A stretch of DNA of 64,000 bases from an uncultured Sphingobacteriaceae bacterium (GTDB taxonomy: Bacteria; Bacteroidota; Bacteroidia; Sphingobacteriales; Sphingobacteriaceae): contig CAYVTM010000004.1 of the NCBI GenBank assembly GCA_964454645.1, positions 130,165-194,164 of the forward strand. The letters are read 5' to 3'. Position 1 is the stretch's first letter. Each line of letters opens with the position of its first letter. The notes beneath the pieces were generated by a model. That model was not told the origin of the DNA, made no database searches, and saw only the letters and a program-made list of their open reading frames with translations. Of this stretch, positions 31,557 through 41,009 are shown in pieces. A program made the position numbers and the translations under genes.

Positions 31557-31961
31557 ATGCAAGACAATTTATATAAAAATAATATTCGCTATCAGAGTTC
31601 CCGAAGCGGAGGGAAGGGTGGGCAGCATGTCAATAAAGTATCGACGAAAGTTTTATTGCTTTTTGCTTTTGAGAATTCTGCTGACTTAACGGAAGATCAA
31701 AAACAATTAATCCGGGAACGATTAGGCTCGCGCTTATCGGCAAGCGGCGAATTGCAGGTCTTCTCCGATGAAACCCGTTCGCAATTCATGAACAAGGAAA
31801 AGGCTTATCAGCGTTTACGCGTTTTATTGGATAAGTGTTTTAAACAAGATAAGCCTCGTAAAGCTACAAAACCAACTAAAAGCTCGCGGGAGAAACGCTT
31901 GAGTGATAAGAAAAAATTATCGGATAAAAAAAGCAGCAGAAGGTTCGGCAGAGAATCCTGA
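31557..31961 (+). CDS. arfB: alternative ribosome-rescue factor ArfB (peptidyl-tRNA hydrolase, GGQ domain)
   Basis: 134 aa with the GGQ motif SGGKGGQHVNKVSTKV and a basic C-terminal tail (KPRKATKPTKSSREKRL...). Confidence 0.85.
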   Translation: MQDNLYKNNIRYQSSRSGGKGGQHVNKVSTKVLLLFAFENSADLTEDQKQLIRERLGSRLSASGELQVFSDETRSQFMNKEKAYQRLRVLLDKCFKQDKPRKATKPTKSSREKRLSDKKKLSDKKSSRRFGRES

Positions 31962-31963
31962 GT

Positions 31964-33385
31964 TTAAACTTCCAGAAACCTGCGATCAAAATTGACCAGG
32001 AAGAGCTCGGACTGAGCTCGTGTAACAGCTGTGTACAGCCAGCGGATAAATTCTTTGTTGATCATCTCTTCGGTCAGATACCCCTGATCAATAAATACAG
32101 CTTTCCATTGCCCGCCCTGCGATTTATGACAGGTAACCGCATACGCGAATTTAATTTGCAATGCATTAAAATAGGGATCTTGTTTTATTTTTTCGGAACG
32201 TTCTTTCCGGTTTGTAATATGCATATAATCTTCTGCGATCTTTTCGTATAAAAGTGTTTGCTCGGCATAACTTAAATTGGGCCCGTCGTTCGTAAGTGTA
32301 TCGAGTAATACCTTTGCCGTAATAACAGGTTCGTCGGGGTAATCGATGAACTGTAAACTTGCTTCTGCGAAAGTAAATCCATAGAGTTCTTGTTCCCCGC
32401 GTATGCGTATCACTTTTGCCGTATCTCCATTAGCAATAAAACTTATGTTAGATGTTTCGGGTAACCAGAAATAATTATTCTTTACAGTCATAACCTGGTC
32501 GCCGGTAGAGATTGCTTCTTCCCTGTAAAGAATGCGGCTGCGGATGTTTTGATTGTATAGGTTTGCATTTTTATTGGAACGGCAAATAATCAGGGTGTTT
32601 TCAATTCCGTATTTATCGTAGGCATAATTTATTCCATCAATCAACCGTTCGCCCGTAATAGAATAAAAATCCTTAAACCCTTTGGTGCTGAGCTTTGGCG
32701 TGAGTTCTTTTTCATCCGATAAAAGCCTGCGTAAGGAGGTCGCATTGTGTAATATGCCCGATTTTTTTTCCTGACGCATCACTTCCTGCAATTCGAAATT
32801 CGGTACCTGTAAGCCGAAACGTTCTTCGAGAAAGTTTTTGTTTAAAGCCGGACTCTCACCCGAACCTACCGGCGGGAGTTGCGCATTGTCTCCGATAAAA
32901 ATCAATTTGCATTCACGGCCGGATTCATATACGAAGCGAATCAAATCACTTAAAATTCCGTTGCCGAACTGTAAGCGATCGATGTCGTTTGAACCCTCTG
33001 CAATCATGGAGGCTTCGTCGATAATAAAAATAGTTTTTTGATGCGGATTCTTAGCCAGGCTGAGTTGAAATCCAAGCTCGTTGCTTCCTTTATGCTTATA
33101 TATTTTCTTATGGATGGTGAAAGCAGCTTTTCCGGTATAGGCTTGCAAAACTTTGGCAGCTCTACCGGTTGGTGCTAAAAGTACCGAGCGATACCCGAAT
33201 GCAGGTAGCGCTTTTACCAATGCACTTAGTACCGTTGTTTTTCCGGTTCCGGCATATCCCTTCATAACAAATGCCGACATCGGTTCGGAATCTGTTATGA
33301 ACTGTTCCAAAGCAATAAACAGACCTTGCTGATCCTGAGTAGGTTTATGTTTAAAATGTGCCGCTATGCCTTTGCCAGGTTCCAT
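31964..33385 (-). CDS. SF1 RecD/Pif1-like ATP-dependent DNA helicase
   Basis: Walker A GYAGTGKTT, motif II IIDEASM, motif GDNAQLPPV, and C-terminal YAVTCHKSQGGQW. Confidence 0.75.
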   Translation of the reverse strand: MEPGKGIAAHFKHKPTQDQQGLFIALEQFITDSEPMSAFVMKGYAGTGKTTVLSALVKALPAFGYRSVLLAPTGRAAKVLQAYTGKAAFTIHKKIYKHKGSNELGFQLSLAKNPHQKTIFIIDEASMIAEGSNDIDRLQFGNGILSDLIRFVYESGRECKLIFIGDNAQLPPVGSGESPALNKNFLEERFGLQVPNFELQEVMRQEKKSGILHNATSLRRLLSDEKELTPKLSTKGFKDFYSITGERLIDGINYAYDKYGIENTLIICRSNKNANLYNQNIRSRILYREEAISTGDQVMTVKNNYFWLPETSNISFIANGDTAKVIRIRGEQELYGFTFAEASLQFIDYPDEPVITAKVLLDTLTNDGPNLSYAEQTLLYEKIAEDYMHITNRKERSEKIKQDPYFNALQIKFAYAVTCHKSQGGQWKAVFIDQGYLTEEMINKEFIRWLYTAVTRAQSELFLVNFDRRFLEV

Positions 33386-33458
33386 ATACGAATTAAGTGT
33401 ATTTTATTCAATTCCTGAGAAAAGATACAGGTTTTCTAAAAAATGATACTTTTGTAGC

Positions 33459-34316
33459 ATGAGCCAGTCTTTATTAGCTTCGGTAAGTAAAATTGAAAAA
33501 GTGGATGAAAGCTTTTATTTTGATAAGAATGCAACACTTCATTTGAATTTTACTTTTGACCAAAACTATTTCAGAGCAGTTGTCTTCAATGACGACCGAA
33601 ATAAGTTTGTTTTACAAGCCGAGTTTGAATCGGATGATATTCCGATGGCTATGAAAGAGATTATCGAGAAGACAGATTTCCTTCAGAAGGAGTATGAAAC
33701 CGTTCGATACATTTGCCATTCGCCTATTTCTACTCTCATTCCCGAAGTTTTATTCGACCCGAATAAAGAGACGGAATATTTAGCGTTTAATCAGGATCTA
33801 TCTCCCGCACATCTGGTATATTCCAATAGTATAAAAGTAAATCAAAGCCGTTTGATATATGGAATTCCTTCCACTGAAGCTGCCTTTGTGCGTACCCGCT
33901 TTTCACAAGCTAAATTAGTGCATTCTGCTGTTCCTTTTATTGAATCTTTACTCTTGCTGAATAAAAATACAGAAGGTAAAAAGATGTACATCCATGCAGG
34001 AAAACATCAGATAGAACTGGCAGTGATACAAAACGGCGCATTACAATTATACAATCAGTTTGAATACAGAAGCCCTGAGGATTTTGTATATTTTCCCTTA
34101 TTTGTTTCTGAACAATTACAATTAAACCCTGAGCAAATTGAAGTGTATTTGATGGGAGCAATTACCAGGGATTCGGAGTATTTTGAAATCATTTATAAAT
34201 ATTTCCGCAACGTTTCACTTATGCCTCGTAACGAGCGTTTCGAATATGCTTATAAGCTTGAAGAGACAGATGCACATCGTTATTTTCAATTATTTGCATC
34301 GGAGCTATGCGCATAA
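33459..34316 (+). CDS. DUF3822-like conserved Bacteroidota protein
   Basis: 285 aa. The position between the RecD-like helicase and rsmD matches a neighbourhood I recall for DUF3822. Sequence-level call is weak. Confidence 0.5.
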   Translation: MSQSLLASVSKIEKVDESFYFDKNATLHLNFTFDQNYFRAVVFNDDRNKFVLQAEFESDDIPMAMKEIIEKTDFLQKEYETVRYICHSPISTLIPEVLFDPNKETEYLAFNQDLSPAHLVYSNSIKVNQSRLIYGIPSTEAAFVRTRFSQAKLVHSAVPFIESLLLLNKNTEGKKMYIHAGKHQIELAVIQNGALQLYNQFEYRSPEDFVYFPLFVSEQLQLNPEQIEVYLMGAITRDSEYFEIIYKYFRNVSLMPRNERFEYAYKLEETDAHRYFQLFASELCA

Positions 34317-34852
34317 TCAGCGGCAAATATAAAGGGCAACGCATCCCGGCATCTAAAAATTTACCGGTGCGGCCAACAACCGATCTTGCGAAAGAGTCAT
34401 TGTTTAATATTCTCTCTAACCGTTTAGATTTCGATTTGATAAAAGTATTGGATTTATTTTCGGGTACGGGAAATATAAGTTATGAATTTTATTCGAGAGG
34501 AGTGAGGACAATAACAGCCGTAGATGCGAGTGAGAAATGTGTTCGCTTTATCAAAGAAACAATCCGTAAATTTGGCATGGAAGGAATAGAAGTGTATAAG
34601 TCGGATGTGTTTAAGTTCCTGCCCCTATTGCGTGAACCTTTTGATTTAATCTTTGCCGATCCTCCCTACGATTTAGACCGGTTACCCGAATTGCCCGATG
34701 CTGTTTTTAAAAATAATTTGCTGAGCGAAAACGGAATTTTAATTATTGAACATGCCTCTTCGCAGCAATTACAGTCGATTGAGGGCTTTGAAGAAAGCAG
34801 AAGGTACGGACAATCTTCTTTTTCTTTTTTTAATAAGCCAAATGGATTGTAA
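34307..34852 (+). CDS. rsmD: 16S rRNA (guanine966-N2)-methyltransferase
   Basis: MRIISGKYKGQRI...RPTTDLAKESLFNIL, SAM motif LDLFSGTGNIS, and catalytic DPPY. Confidence 0.85.
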   Translation: MRIISGKYKGQRIPASKNLPVRPTTDLAKESLFNILSNRLDFDLIKVLDLFSGTGNISYEFYSRGVRTITAVDASEKCVRFIKETIRKFGMEGIEVYKSDVFKFLPLLREPFDLIFADPPYDLDRLPELPDAVFKNNLLSENGILIIEHASSQQLQSIEGFEESRRYGQSSFSFFNKPNGL

Positions 34853-34943
34853 CTTTGGTTAGAAAAAGACGAATGGTGTTTGTTAGGTAGCAGTAATCTT
34901 TCAATAGACCCGTAGACATGCCGAAATCTTTAAAAGAAAATTA

Positions 34944-35363
34944 ATGGAAAAATTTACGACAACTGATACAATAGGAATTATCTTTTCTATTTTGTCTTTA
35001 TCATTTGCAGTTTGGCAATATTTACAGAACAGAAGAATAAAAAAATTAATTGCACTTGAAGCAGTTGAATTACATATTAACATTGCTAAAGCTCTTGGAG
35101 CTACACAAGCTGCAAAGACAGAAATAGCGAATGGGAAATCTCCAAGTTTTGAAGTCGGTAGAGCAGAAGGGCTATGTCAAGCAGTTCTTTACGAAAGCGC
35201 AAAACTTTACTGTAATTTAAAAGGTACTAAAATTGACGATATTGATGATTTAATTAAAAACGGTCAATTAGAGAAGGGTTATAAAGATATTTACTATTCT
35301 TTTTCCGATACAAAAAGAGGATATTTTGGAAAGATTTTAAAAGGATTCATAAATTTTTTTTAA
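34944..35363 (+). CDS. hypothetical membrane-anchored protein (orphan, low GC)
   Basis: 139 aa with one N-terminal TM helix (IGIIFSILSLSFAVWQY) followed by a predicted helical soluble part. My hand count gives 32/120 G+C (about 27%) for the first 120 nt, against 22/60 for the last 60 nt of rsmD and 27/60 for the first 60 nt of coaD. Confidence 0.45.
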   Translation: MEKFTTTDTIGIIFSILSLSFAVWQYLQNRRIKKLIALEAVELHINIAKALGATQAAKTEIANGKSPSFEVGRAEGLCQAVLYESAKLYCNLKGTKIDDIDDLIKNGQLEKGYKDIYYSFSDTKRGYFGKILKGFINFF

Positions 35364-35543
35364 AAACTACTAACATGCTTTGCATAATGGCGGGTGACGT
35401 GATAACTTGTGGTTTTTGGGTTTTGTTTTAGTTTTGTGATAGAAGACAGTTTTGCGATCAGTAAACAGCTACTGATACAAAACCGCAAAACGATTATGAA
35501 ATAACCATACAAATGCTTTGTAATAAACACAAATAATAAACAC

Positions 35544-36011
35544 ATGAAAAAAGCCCTCTTCCCGGGATCATTCGATCCGATAACACTGGCACATGTAGAT
35601 ATCCTGAAAAGAGCTTTACCGCTTTTTGATAAAGTGGTAGTAGGTATCGGGCTGAACAGCACCAAGCAATCGTTCTTAACTGCCGGGCAACGCGAAGAAA
35701 TGTTGAAGCGCGTGTTTGCTTCCGAGCCCAATATCGAAGTAGTTACTTATTCGGGATTAACAGTCGATTATTGTAAGAAAATAGGAGCGCAATATATGAT
35801 CCGTGGTATTCGCTCAACCTCCGATTTTGAGTACGAAAAAGCGATCGCGCAGATGAATCATGCCATGCACCCCGAAATTGAGAGCATTTTTGTTTTAAGT
35901 AATCCGGGATTTTCGGCAATCAGCTCTACCATTGTTCGCGACATACTTCGTAATGGTGGAGATATTACACAATTTGTTCCGGCAGAAGTGGCGAAAATGT
36001 TGATGCAATAA
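35544..36011 (+). CDS. coaD: phosphopantetheine adenylyltransferase
   Basis: MKKALFPGSFDPITLAHVDIL (the nucleotidyltransferase H-x-x-H-type motif region) and ISSTIVRD. Confidence 0.93.
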   Translation: MKKALFPGSFDPITLAHVDILKRALPLFDKVVVGIGLNSTKQSFLTAGQREEMLKRVFASEPNIEVVTYSGLTVDYCKKIGAQYMIRGIRSTSDFEYEKAIAQMNHAMHPEIESIFVLSNPGFSAISSTIVRDILRNGGDITQFVPAEVAKMLMQ

Positions 36012-36015
36012 TAAA

Positions 36016-36414
36016 TTAATAGATTCTGATTGAATCGTTTTTCATAACACCATTCATAGAATTGAACACAAAATAATACATTCCTCTGCGCTTAGATGTA
36101 AACGAAACAAAGGTGCTGTCGTCGAAGATAATTGCCGCACAGTTAGCATCTACGGGATATTTTGTATATACTGCTAAGTGCGCTGTGTCGAATGTTTCCT
36201 CTAAGGTATATCGCGAAATTCTTCCGCATCCGTTGGTGATCACAGCAATCGCTTTGAAATTTATTTTATCCCCCAGGCGGATACTGTCGGGTAAATGAAT
36301 ATGTTTTACAAAAGCTTCCTGCTCTGTATATTCTTTTACTAATTCATCTTTCCTGCATGAGCTGAGCAATGCGATTGAAATACTCAGAAGTACAATATAT
36401 TTTGTCATATTCAT
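36016..36414 (-). CDS. hypothetical lipoprotein
   Basis: 132 aa with a signal and lipobox (...ALLSSC). No recognisable domain. Confidence 0.5.
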   Translation of the reverse strand: MNMTKYIVLLSISIALLSSCRKDELVKEYTEQEAFVKHIHLPDSIRLGDKINFKAIAVITNGCGRISRYTLEETFDTAHLAVYTKYPVDANCAAIIFDDSTFVSFTSKRRGMYYFVFNSMNGVMKNDSIRIY

Positions 36415-36415
36415 T

Positions 36416-37015
36416 TTATAATCTTACAGTTTCTAATACATCCAGAATAGAAGGATAGGTATTTAATTTTATAGGTCCCAGTTCATTTTTTTTTAACCAA
36501 AGCGCTTCGGTAATATCTTCTTCGAGCTGAGGTACAAGCACTTGTTTAAGTGCAGTCATCTTATACCAAGCCGATTGTTTTAAGATAGGACTTTTCTTTT
36601 CTGTATAAATATGATAAGTATTCAGAATTTTTTCTTTCAGGATTATATCCTGTAAACCGCATTCTTCTTCCACTTCCCGGATAGCGGCTTCGTGTTCCGA
36701 TTCTCCCGGGTCGATTTTACCTTTGGGCAGATCCCATTTCCCCTTTCTGAAGATAAATAAGTACTCTCCTTGCTCATTTCGAACTAAACCACCTGCTGCC
36801 TGTATAAAAATCACCTGATTTTTAAGCCTTTCAAAACTTTTTTCAGGTTCATGCGTAATACAAATCCAGCCTTTATGTGCAAAAGTTTCGGGTGCTGGCA
36901 AAGAATTTAAATCAATTGATTCAGAATTGATTGCTAAAAAATCATCCGGCTTTTCCGGTCTTTCACTTTCTTTACAAAGAATCAGCGGTTTTTCGTTAAT
37001 ATAAATTTTATACAT
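36416..37015 (-). CDS. NUDIX hydrolase
   Basis: Nudix box GKWDLPKGKIDPGESEHEAAIREVEEECG. ATG 37015 (MYKIYINEKPL) is preferred, since the longer form would overlap pyrE. Confidence 0.8.
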   Translation of the reverse strand: MYKIYINEKPLILCKESERPEKPDDFLAINSESIDLNSLPAPETFAHKGWICITHEPEKSFERLKNQVIFIQAAGGLVRNEQGEYLFIFRKGKWDLPKGKIDPGESEHEAAIREVEEECGLQDIILKEKILNTYHIYTEKKSPILKQSAWYKMTALKQVLVPQLEEDITEALWLKKNELGPIKLNTYPSILDVLETVRL

Positions 37016-37022
37016 TTGCAGC

Positions 37023-37682
37023 ATGGTTAATAAGAAGGAAACAGCGTTAAAAGTAGCAGAATTTTTGCTCCAAATCAAAGCCATTAAATTGCAGGTGAAA
37101 AATCCTTTTACCTGGGCTTCCGGATGGAAATCTCCTATTTATTGTGATAATCGGATTACCCTATCTTATCCTCCCGTACGTACATTTATACGTCAGCGCT
37201 TATCGGAAGTTATTAATGAAGAATATGCCAGCGTAAACCTGATTGCAGGAGTAGCAACTGCCGGGATTCCACAAGGGGTATTGGTTGCACAGGAATTAGG
37301 TTTGCCGTTTGCTTATGTACGTTCGGCTCCTAAAGATCATGGAATGAATAATATGATTGAGGGAGAGGTTAAGGAAGGCCAGCGTGTAGTAATTGTGGAA
37401 GATCTTATCTCTACCGGAAAAAGCAGTCTAAAAGCTGTAGAAGCACTACGTGCAGCAGGGTGTGACGTATTGGGTATGGTATCGATATTTACGTATGGTT
37501 TCGATATCGCCGAGGAAAATTTCCGTAAAGCAAATTGCCGTTTTGTATCTTTAAGCAATTACAACGATTTAATTGATCAATCACTGGAGTCGGGTTTTAT
37601 TTCCGAAAAAGATGTGGATATATTAAAGGCCTGGAGAGAGGATCCCGCTAACTGGGGGCATACCGCTCAAACCACTTCCTGA
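37023..37682 (+). CDS. pyrE: orotate phosphoribosyltransferase
   Basis: FTWASGWKSPIYCDNR and the PRPP-binding motif VVIVEDLISTGKS. Confidence 0.92.
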   Translation: MVNKKETALKVAEFLLQIKAIKLQVKNPFTWASGWKSPIYCDNRITLSYPPVRTFIRQRLSEVINEEYASVNLIAGVATAGIPQGVLVAQELGLPFAYVRSAPKDHGMNNMIEGEVKEGQRVVIVEDLISTGKSSLKAVEALRAAGCDVLGMVSIFTYGFDIAEENFRKANCRFVSLSNYNDLIDQSLESGFISEKDVDILKAWREDPANWGHTAQTTS

Positions 37683-37689
37683 ATGCTAT

Positions 37690-38091
37690 ATGACAACACT
37701 CGAAAGTAAAGAAATTCAAATTCAACAATCCATAGAAAAAGTATATGCTTTTTTGGCTGATCTTACGAATCATCATCAGCTTATGCCTGAGTCTGTTTAC
37801 AATTGGTCGGCTACTGCAGATGAATGTAAATTTACCATCCAAAATATGGCTACGCTCGAACTGAAAGTAGATGAACGTATAGCTAATGAGCTTATCCGCG
37901 TCGTTCCTAAAAAAGAAGCCCCCTTCCCTTTATCCCTTCTCTGGACAGTGAAAGCAGCGGGCGATCATAGCATCGCAAAAATGACAATCAATGCCGAGCT
38001 CAATCCTTTTATTAAAATGATTGCCGTAGGCCCTTTACAAAAATTGGTTGATTATCAGGCCGAGCGGTTAATAGCTGTTTTAAATACATAA
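37690..38091 (+). CDS. SRPBCC/START-like small protein (tentative)
   Basis: 133 aa. Size and beta-rich pattern with a C-terminal helix suggest an SRPBCC fold. Weak call. Confidence 0.4.
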   Translation: MTTLESKEIQIQQSIEKVYAFLADLTNHHQLMPESVYNWSATADECKFTIQNMATLELKVDERIANELIRVVPKKEAPFPLSLLWTVKAAGDHSIAKMTINAELNPFIKMIAVGPLQKLVDYQAERLIAVLNT

Positions 38092-38183
38092 AACTCTGCT
38101 AATTAGGCGTATTTCTGCAAATTGGTCATCCCGATTTCAAGATATATAGACAAATATTCCGATTTTTTATCCCTTTTTTCTGG

Positions 38184-38199
38184 TGGCAATGGATTTGAT
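38184..38199 (+). promoter_or_regulatory. sigma-54-like -24/-12 element (TGGCA-N6-TTGA) upstream of clpB
   Basis: TGGCAATGGATTTGAT lies 25 nt before the clpB ATG. It has the same spacing as the RpoN consensus TGGCAC-N5-TTGCW but with A instead of C at -12. An identically spaced element precedes lon. Confidence 0.25.
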
Positions 38200-38223
38200 G
38201 AGTATCTGTTAAATTTTATACAG

Positions 38224-40812
38224 ATGAATTTTAATCAATATACAATCAAATCTCAGGAAGCTGTGAATAAAGCAGTAGAAATTGCTACAGGTTTCGAGCA
38301 TCAGGCAGTTGAACCTGCGCATTTACTGAAGGGTATTTTAAGTGTGGATGAACAGGTGGTTCCTTTTTTATTTAAGAAGGCGAATGTCCAGCTGCAACGG
38401 GTAAGTGACAGCATCGATGCAATTCTTAAAGCATACCCGAAAGTATCTGCGGAGCAACATTACCTTTCTTCCGATTCGAATGCTGCCTTGCAAAAAGCAT
38501 TGGCATCTTTGAAAGAATTCAAAGATGAATTTGTTTCTATCGAGCATTTGTTCTTGGGAATTCTTGCAGGAAAGGATCAGGTAGCACGTTTATTGAAGGA
38601 TGCCGGGTTGAATGAAAAAGACCTGAAGGCTGCAATTAAAGCATTGCGGGGAGAGCAAAAAGTTACCGACCCGAATGCCGAAGCTACTTATAATTCATTG
38701 AATCGTTATGCAAAGAACCTGAATGAGCTTGCAGCTTCCGGTAAACTCGATCCCGTTATCGGGCGTGATGATGAGATACGTCGTGTGATTCAGATCTTAT
38801 CACGAAGAACAAAAAACAATCCGATACTGATCGGGGAACCGGGGGTTGGTAAAACTGCCATTGCAGAAGGGATCGCCCATCGGATTCTGAAGAAAGACGT
38901 TCCCGAAAACTTAAAAACAAAAACGGTTTATTCCCTGGATATGGGATCGCTCATCGCCGGTGCGAAATACAAAGGTGAGTTCGAAGAGCGTTTGAAAGCT
39001 GTTGTGAAAGAAGTAATCCAAAGCGATGGAGAAATTATTTTGTTCATCGATGAGATTCATACATTAGTAGGAGCGGGAGCTTCTGAAGGTGCGATGGACG
39101 CTGCCAATATTTTAAAGCCTGCCCTGGCTCGCGGTGAATTGCGTGCAATAGGAGCGACTACCTTGAACGAATATCAAAAATACTTTGAAAAAGATAAAGC
39201 TTTAGAACGTCGTTTTCAGAAAGTAATGGTTGATGAGCCCGATACGCAAGATGCGATTGCGATTTTACGCGGATTGAAAGAGCGCTACGAAACACATCAT
39301 AAAGTGCGTATCAAAGACGAAGCGATCATTGCATCGGTAGAGCTTTCGCAACGTTATATCAACGATCGTTTCTTGCCCGATAAAGCAATTGACCTGATGG
39401 ACGAAGCTGCTTCGAAACTGCGTCTGGAAATGGACTCGGTTCCCGAAGAACTGGATGAGATCGAACGCAGGATTATGCAGCTGGAAATCGAACGTGCAGC
39501 GATTAAGCGGGAAGGCGATAATAAAAAGTTAAATGAGCTGAATGAAACGATTGCTAATCTTTCGGAAGAACGAAATGCTTTTCGTGCAAAATGGAATGCG
39601 GAGAAAGAGATCGTCAATAAGATTCAGGAAGAATTAGACCGTATTGAAAATTATAAGCTCGAAGCTGAACAAGCTGAACGGGCAAGCGATTACGGTAAAG
39701 TGGCCGAATTGCGTTATGGAAAAATTAAAGATGCCGAGAAAAATGTGGAGGAGTTGAAAAATCAACTTGAGCAAAACAGTTCGCGCATCATGAAAGAAGA
39801 AGTTACTGCGGAAGATATTGCGGGAGTTGTATCGCGTTGGACAGGTATTCCGGTTACGAAGATGATCGAGGGTGAACGCGAGAAACTGTTGCACCTGGAA
39901 GAAGAATTGCATAAACGTGTGGTTGGCCAGGCTGAAGCTATTGAAGCCATATCGGATGCCGTACGTCGAAGCCGTGCAGGTTTACAAGATAAGAAAAGAC
40001 CCATCGGCTCTTTTATCTTCTTAGGAACTACGGGGGTAGGAAAGACAGAGCTTGCCAAAGCCCTTGCCGATTTTTTGTTCAATGATGAAAACGCGATGAC
40101 CCGTATCGATATGTCGGAATATCAGGAACGGCATTCCGTATCACGATTAATTGGTGCGCCTCCGGGATATGTGGGTTATGATGAGGGTGGACAATTAACG
40201 GAATCGGTTCGTCGCCGGCCTTACTCCGTGATACTTTTAGATGAAATTGAAAAAGCGCATCCCGATGTATTCAACATTTTATTACAGGTTTTGGACGATG
40301 GACGCCTGACCGATAATAAAGGCCGTGTAGTGAATTTTAAAAATACGATCATCATTATGACTTCCAACATTGGAGCGCATTTAATTCAGGACCAGTTTAG
40401 CGAACTGAATGAATACAATAAAGATGAAGTAATAGCGAAAACCAAAGCTCAGGTTTTCGATTTGTTGAAGAAAACGATTCGTCCGGAATTTTTAAATCGT
40501 ATTGATGAAATCATCATGTTTACTCCATTAAGTCGTGATGAAGTAAGAGCGATTACCGAAATGCAATTCAAAGCGATTCAGAAAAGCATGATGGAAATGG
40601 GAATTGAATTAAGCGCTACCGAAGAAGTACTCGATTGGCTAGGGCAGCTGGGTTACGACCCGCAGTTCGGGGCAAGGCCTTTAAAACGCGTAATACAGAA
40701 AAAAGTCTTAAATGAATTGTCGAAGCAAATCCTATCCGGTGCGGTACATAAAGACTCTTCAATATTGATGAAATTAGATGATCGCCAGAATATCATCTTT
40801 GCAAATATGTAA
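38224..40812 (+). CDS. clpB: ATP-dependent chaperone/disaggregase ClpB
   Basis: Clp N-domain, two AAA+ modules (GEPGVGKTA; GTTGVGKTE), a long coiled-coil middle domain, and sensor motif [13 protein letters not shown] 38224 ([13 protein letters not shown]) is preferred over the upstream extension. Confidence 0.95.
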   Translation: MNFNQYTIKSQEAVNKAVEIATGFEHQAVEPAHLLKGILSVDEQVVPFLFKKANVQLQRVSDSIDAILKAYPKVSAEQHYLSSDSNAALQKALASLKEFKDEFVSIEHLFLGILAGKDQVARLLKDAGLNEKDLKAAIKALRGEQKVTDPNAEATYNSLNRYAKNLNELAASGKLDPVIGRDDEIRRVIQILSRRTKNNPILIGEPGVGKTAIAEGIAHRILKKDVPENLKTKTVYSLDMGSLIAGAKYKGEFEERLKAVVKEVIQSDGEIILFIDEIHTLVGAGASEGAMDAANILKPALARGELRAIGATTLNEYQKYFEKDKALERRFQKVMVDEPDTQDAIAILRGLKERYETHHKVRIKDEAIIASVELSQRYINDRFLPDKAIDLMDEAASKLRLEMDSVPEELDEIERRIMQLEIERAAIKREGDNKKLNELNETIANLSEERNAFRAKWNAEKEIVNKIQEELDRIENYKLEAEQAERASDYGKVAELRYGKIKDAEKNVEELKNQLEQNSSRIMKEEVTAEDIAGVVSRWTGIPVTKMIEGEREKLLHLEEELHKRVVGQAEAIEAISDAVRRSRAGLQDKKRPIGSFIFLGTTGVGKTELAKALADFLFNDENAMTRIDMSEYQERHSVSRLIGAPPGYVGYDEGGQLTESVRRRPYSVILLDEIEKAHPDVFNILLQVLDDGRLTDNKGRVVNFKNTIIIMTSNIGAHLIQDQFSELNEYNKDEVIAKTKAQVFDLLKKTIRPEFLNRIDEIIMFTPLSRDEVRAITEMQFKAIQKSMMEMGIELSATEEVLDWLGQLGYDPQFGARPLKRVIQKKVLNELSKQILSGAVHKDSSILMKLDDRQNIIFANM

Positions 40813-40831
40813 TATTGATGCGACATAGGAA

Positions 40832-40868
40832 GAAGCCGGGACTTACATATCCCGGTTTCTTTGTTTTT
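40832..40868 (+). terminator. rho-independent terminator after clpB
   Basis: Stem GAAGCCGGG / CCCGGTTTC (one G.U pair) with a 10-nt loop, followed by TTTGTTTTT. Confidence 0.6.
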
Positions 40869-41009
40869 AAGGCTGATAATTTAGAGTCTATCTGTCCGGA
40901 TAGCTGTTTGCTTTCTTACTCTTTGGGAATTCACAAATATTCCATAACTTGCTTCCTGTCTTTTCTTTTTAGAGGAAAGAAGATGCATAAATTAATGTCC
41001 TTAAGCTAT

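Noticed and set aside
35360-35731. A 123-aa minus-strand ORF spanning the rsmD-coaD spacer and the coaD 5' end.
   Set aside because: It overlaps the well-supported coaD start in antisense, and the translation is low-complexity and Cys/Phe/Ser-rich. It is more likely non-coding.
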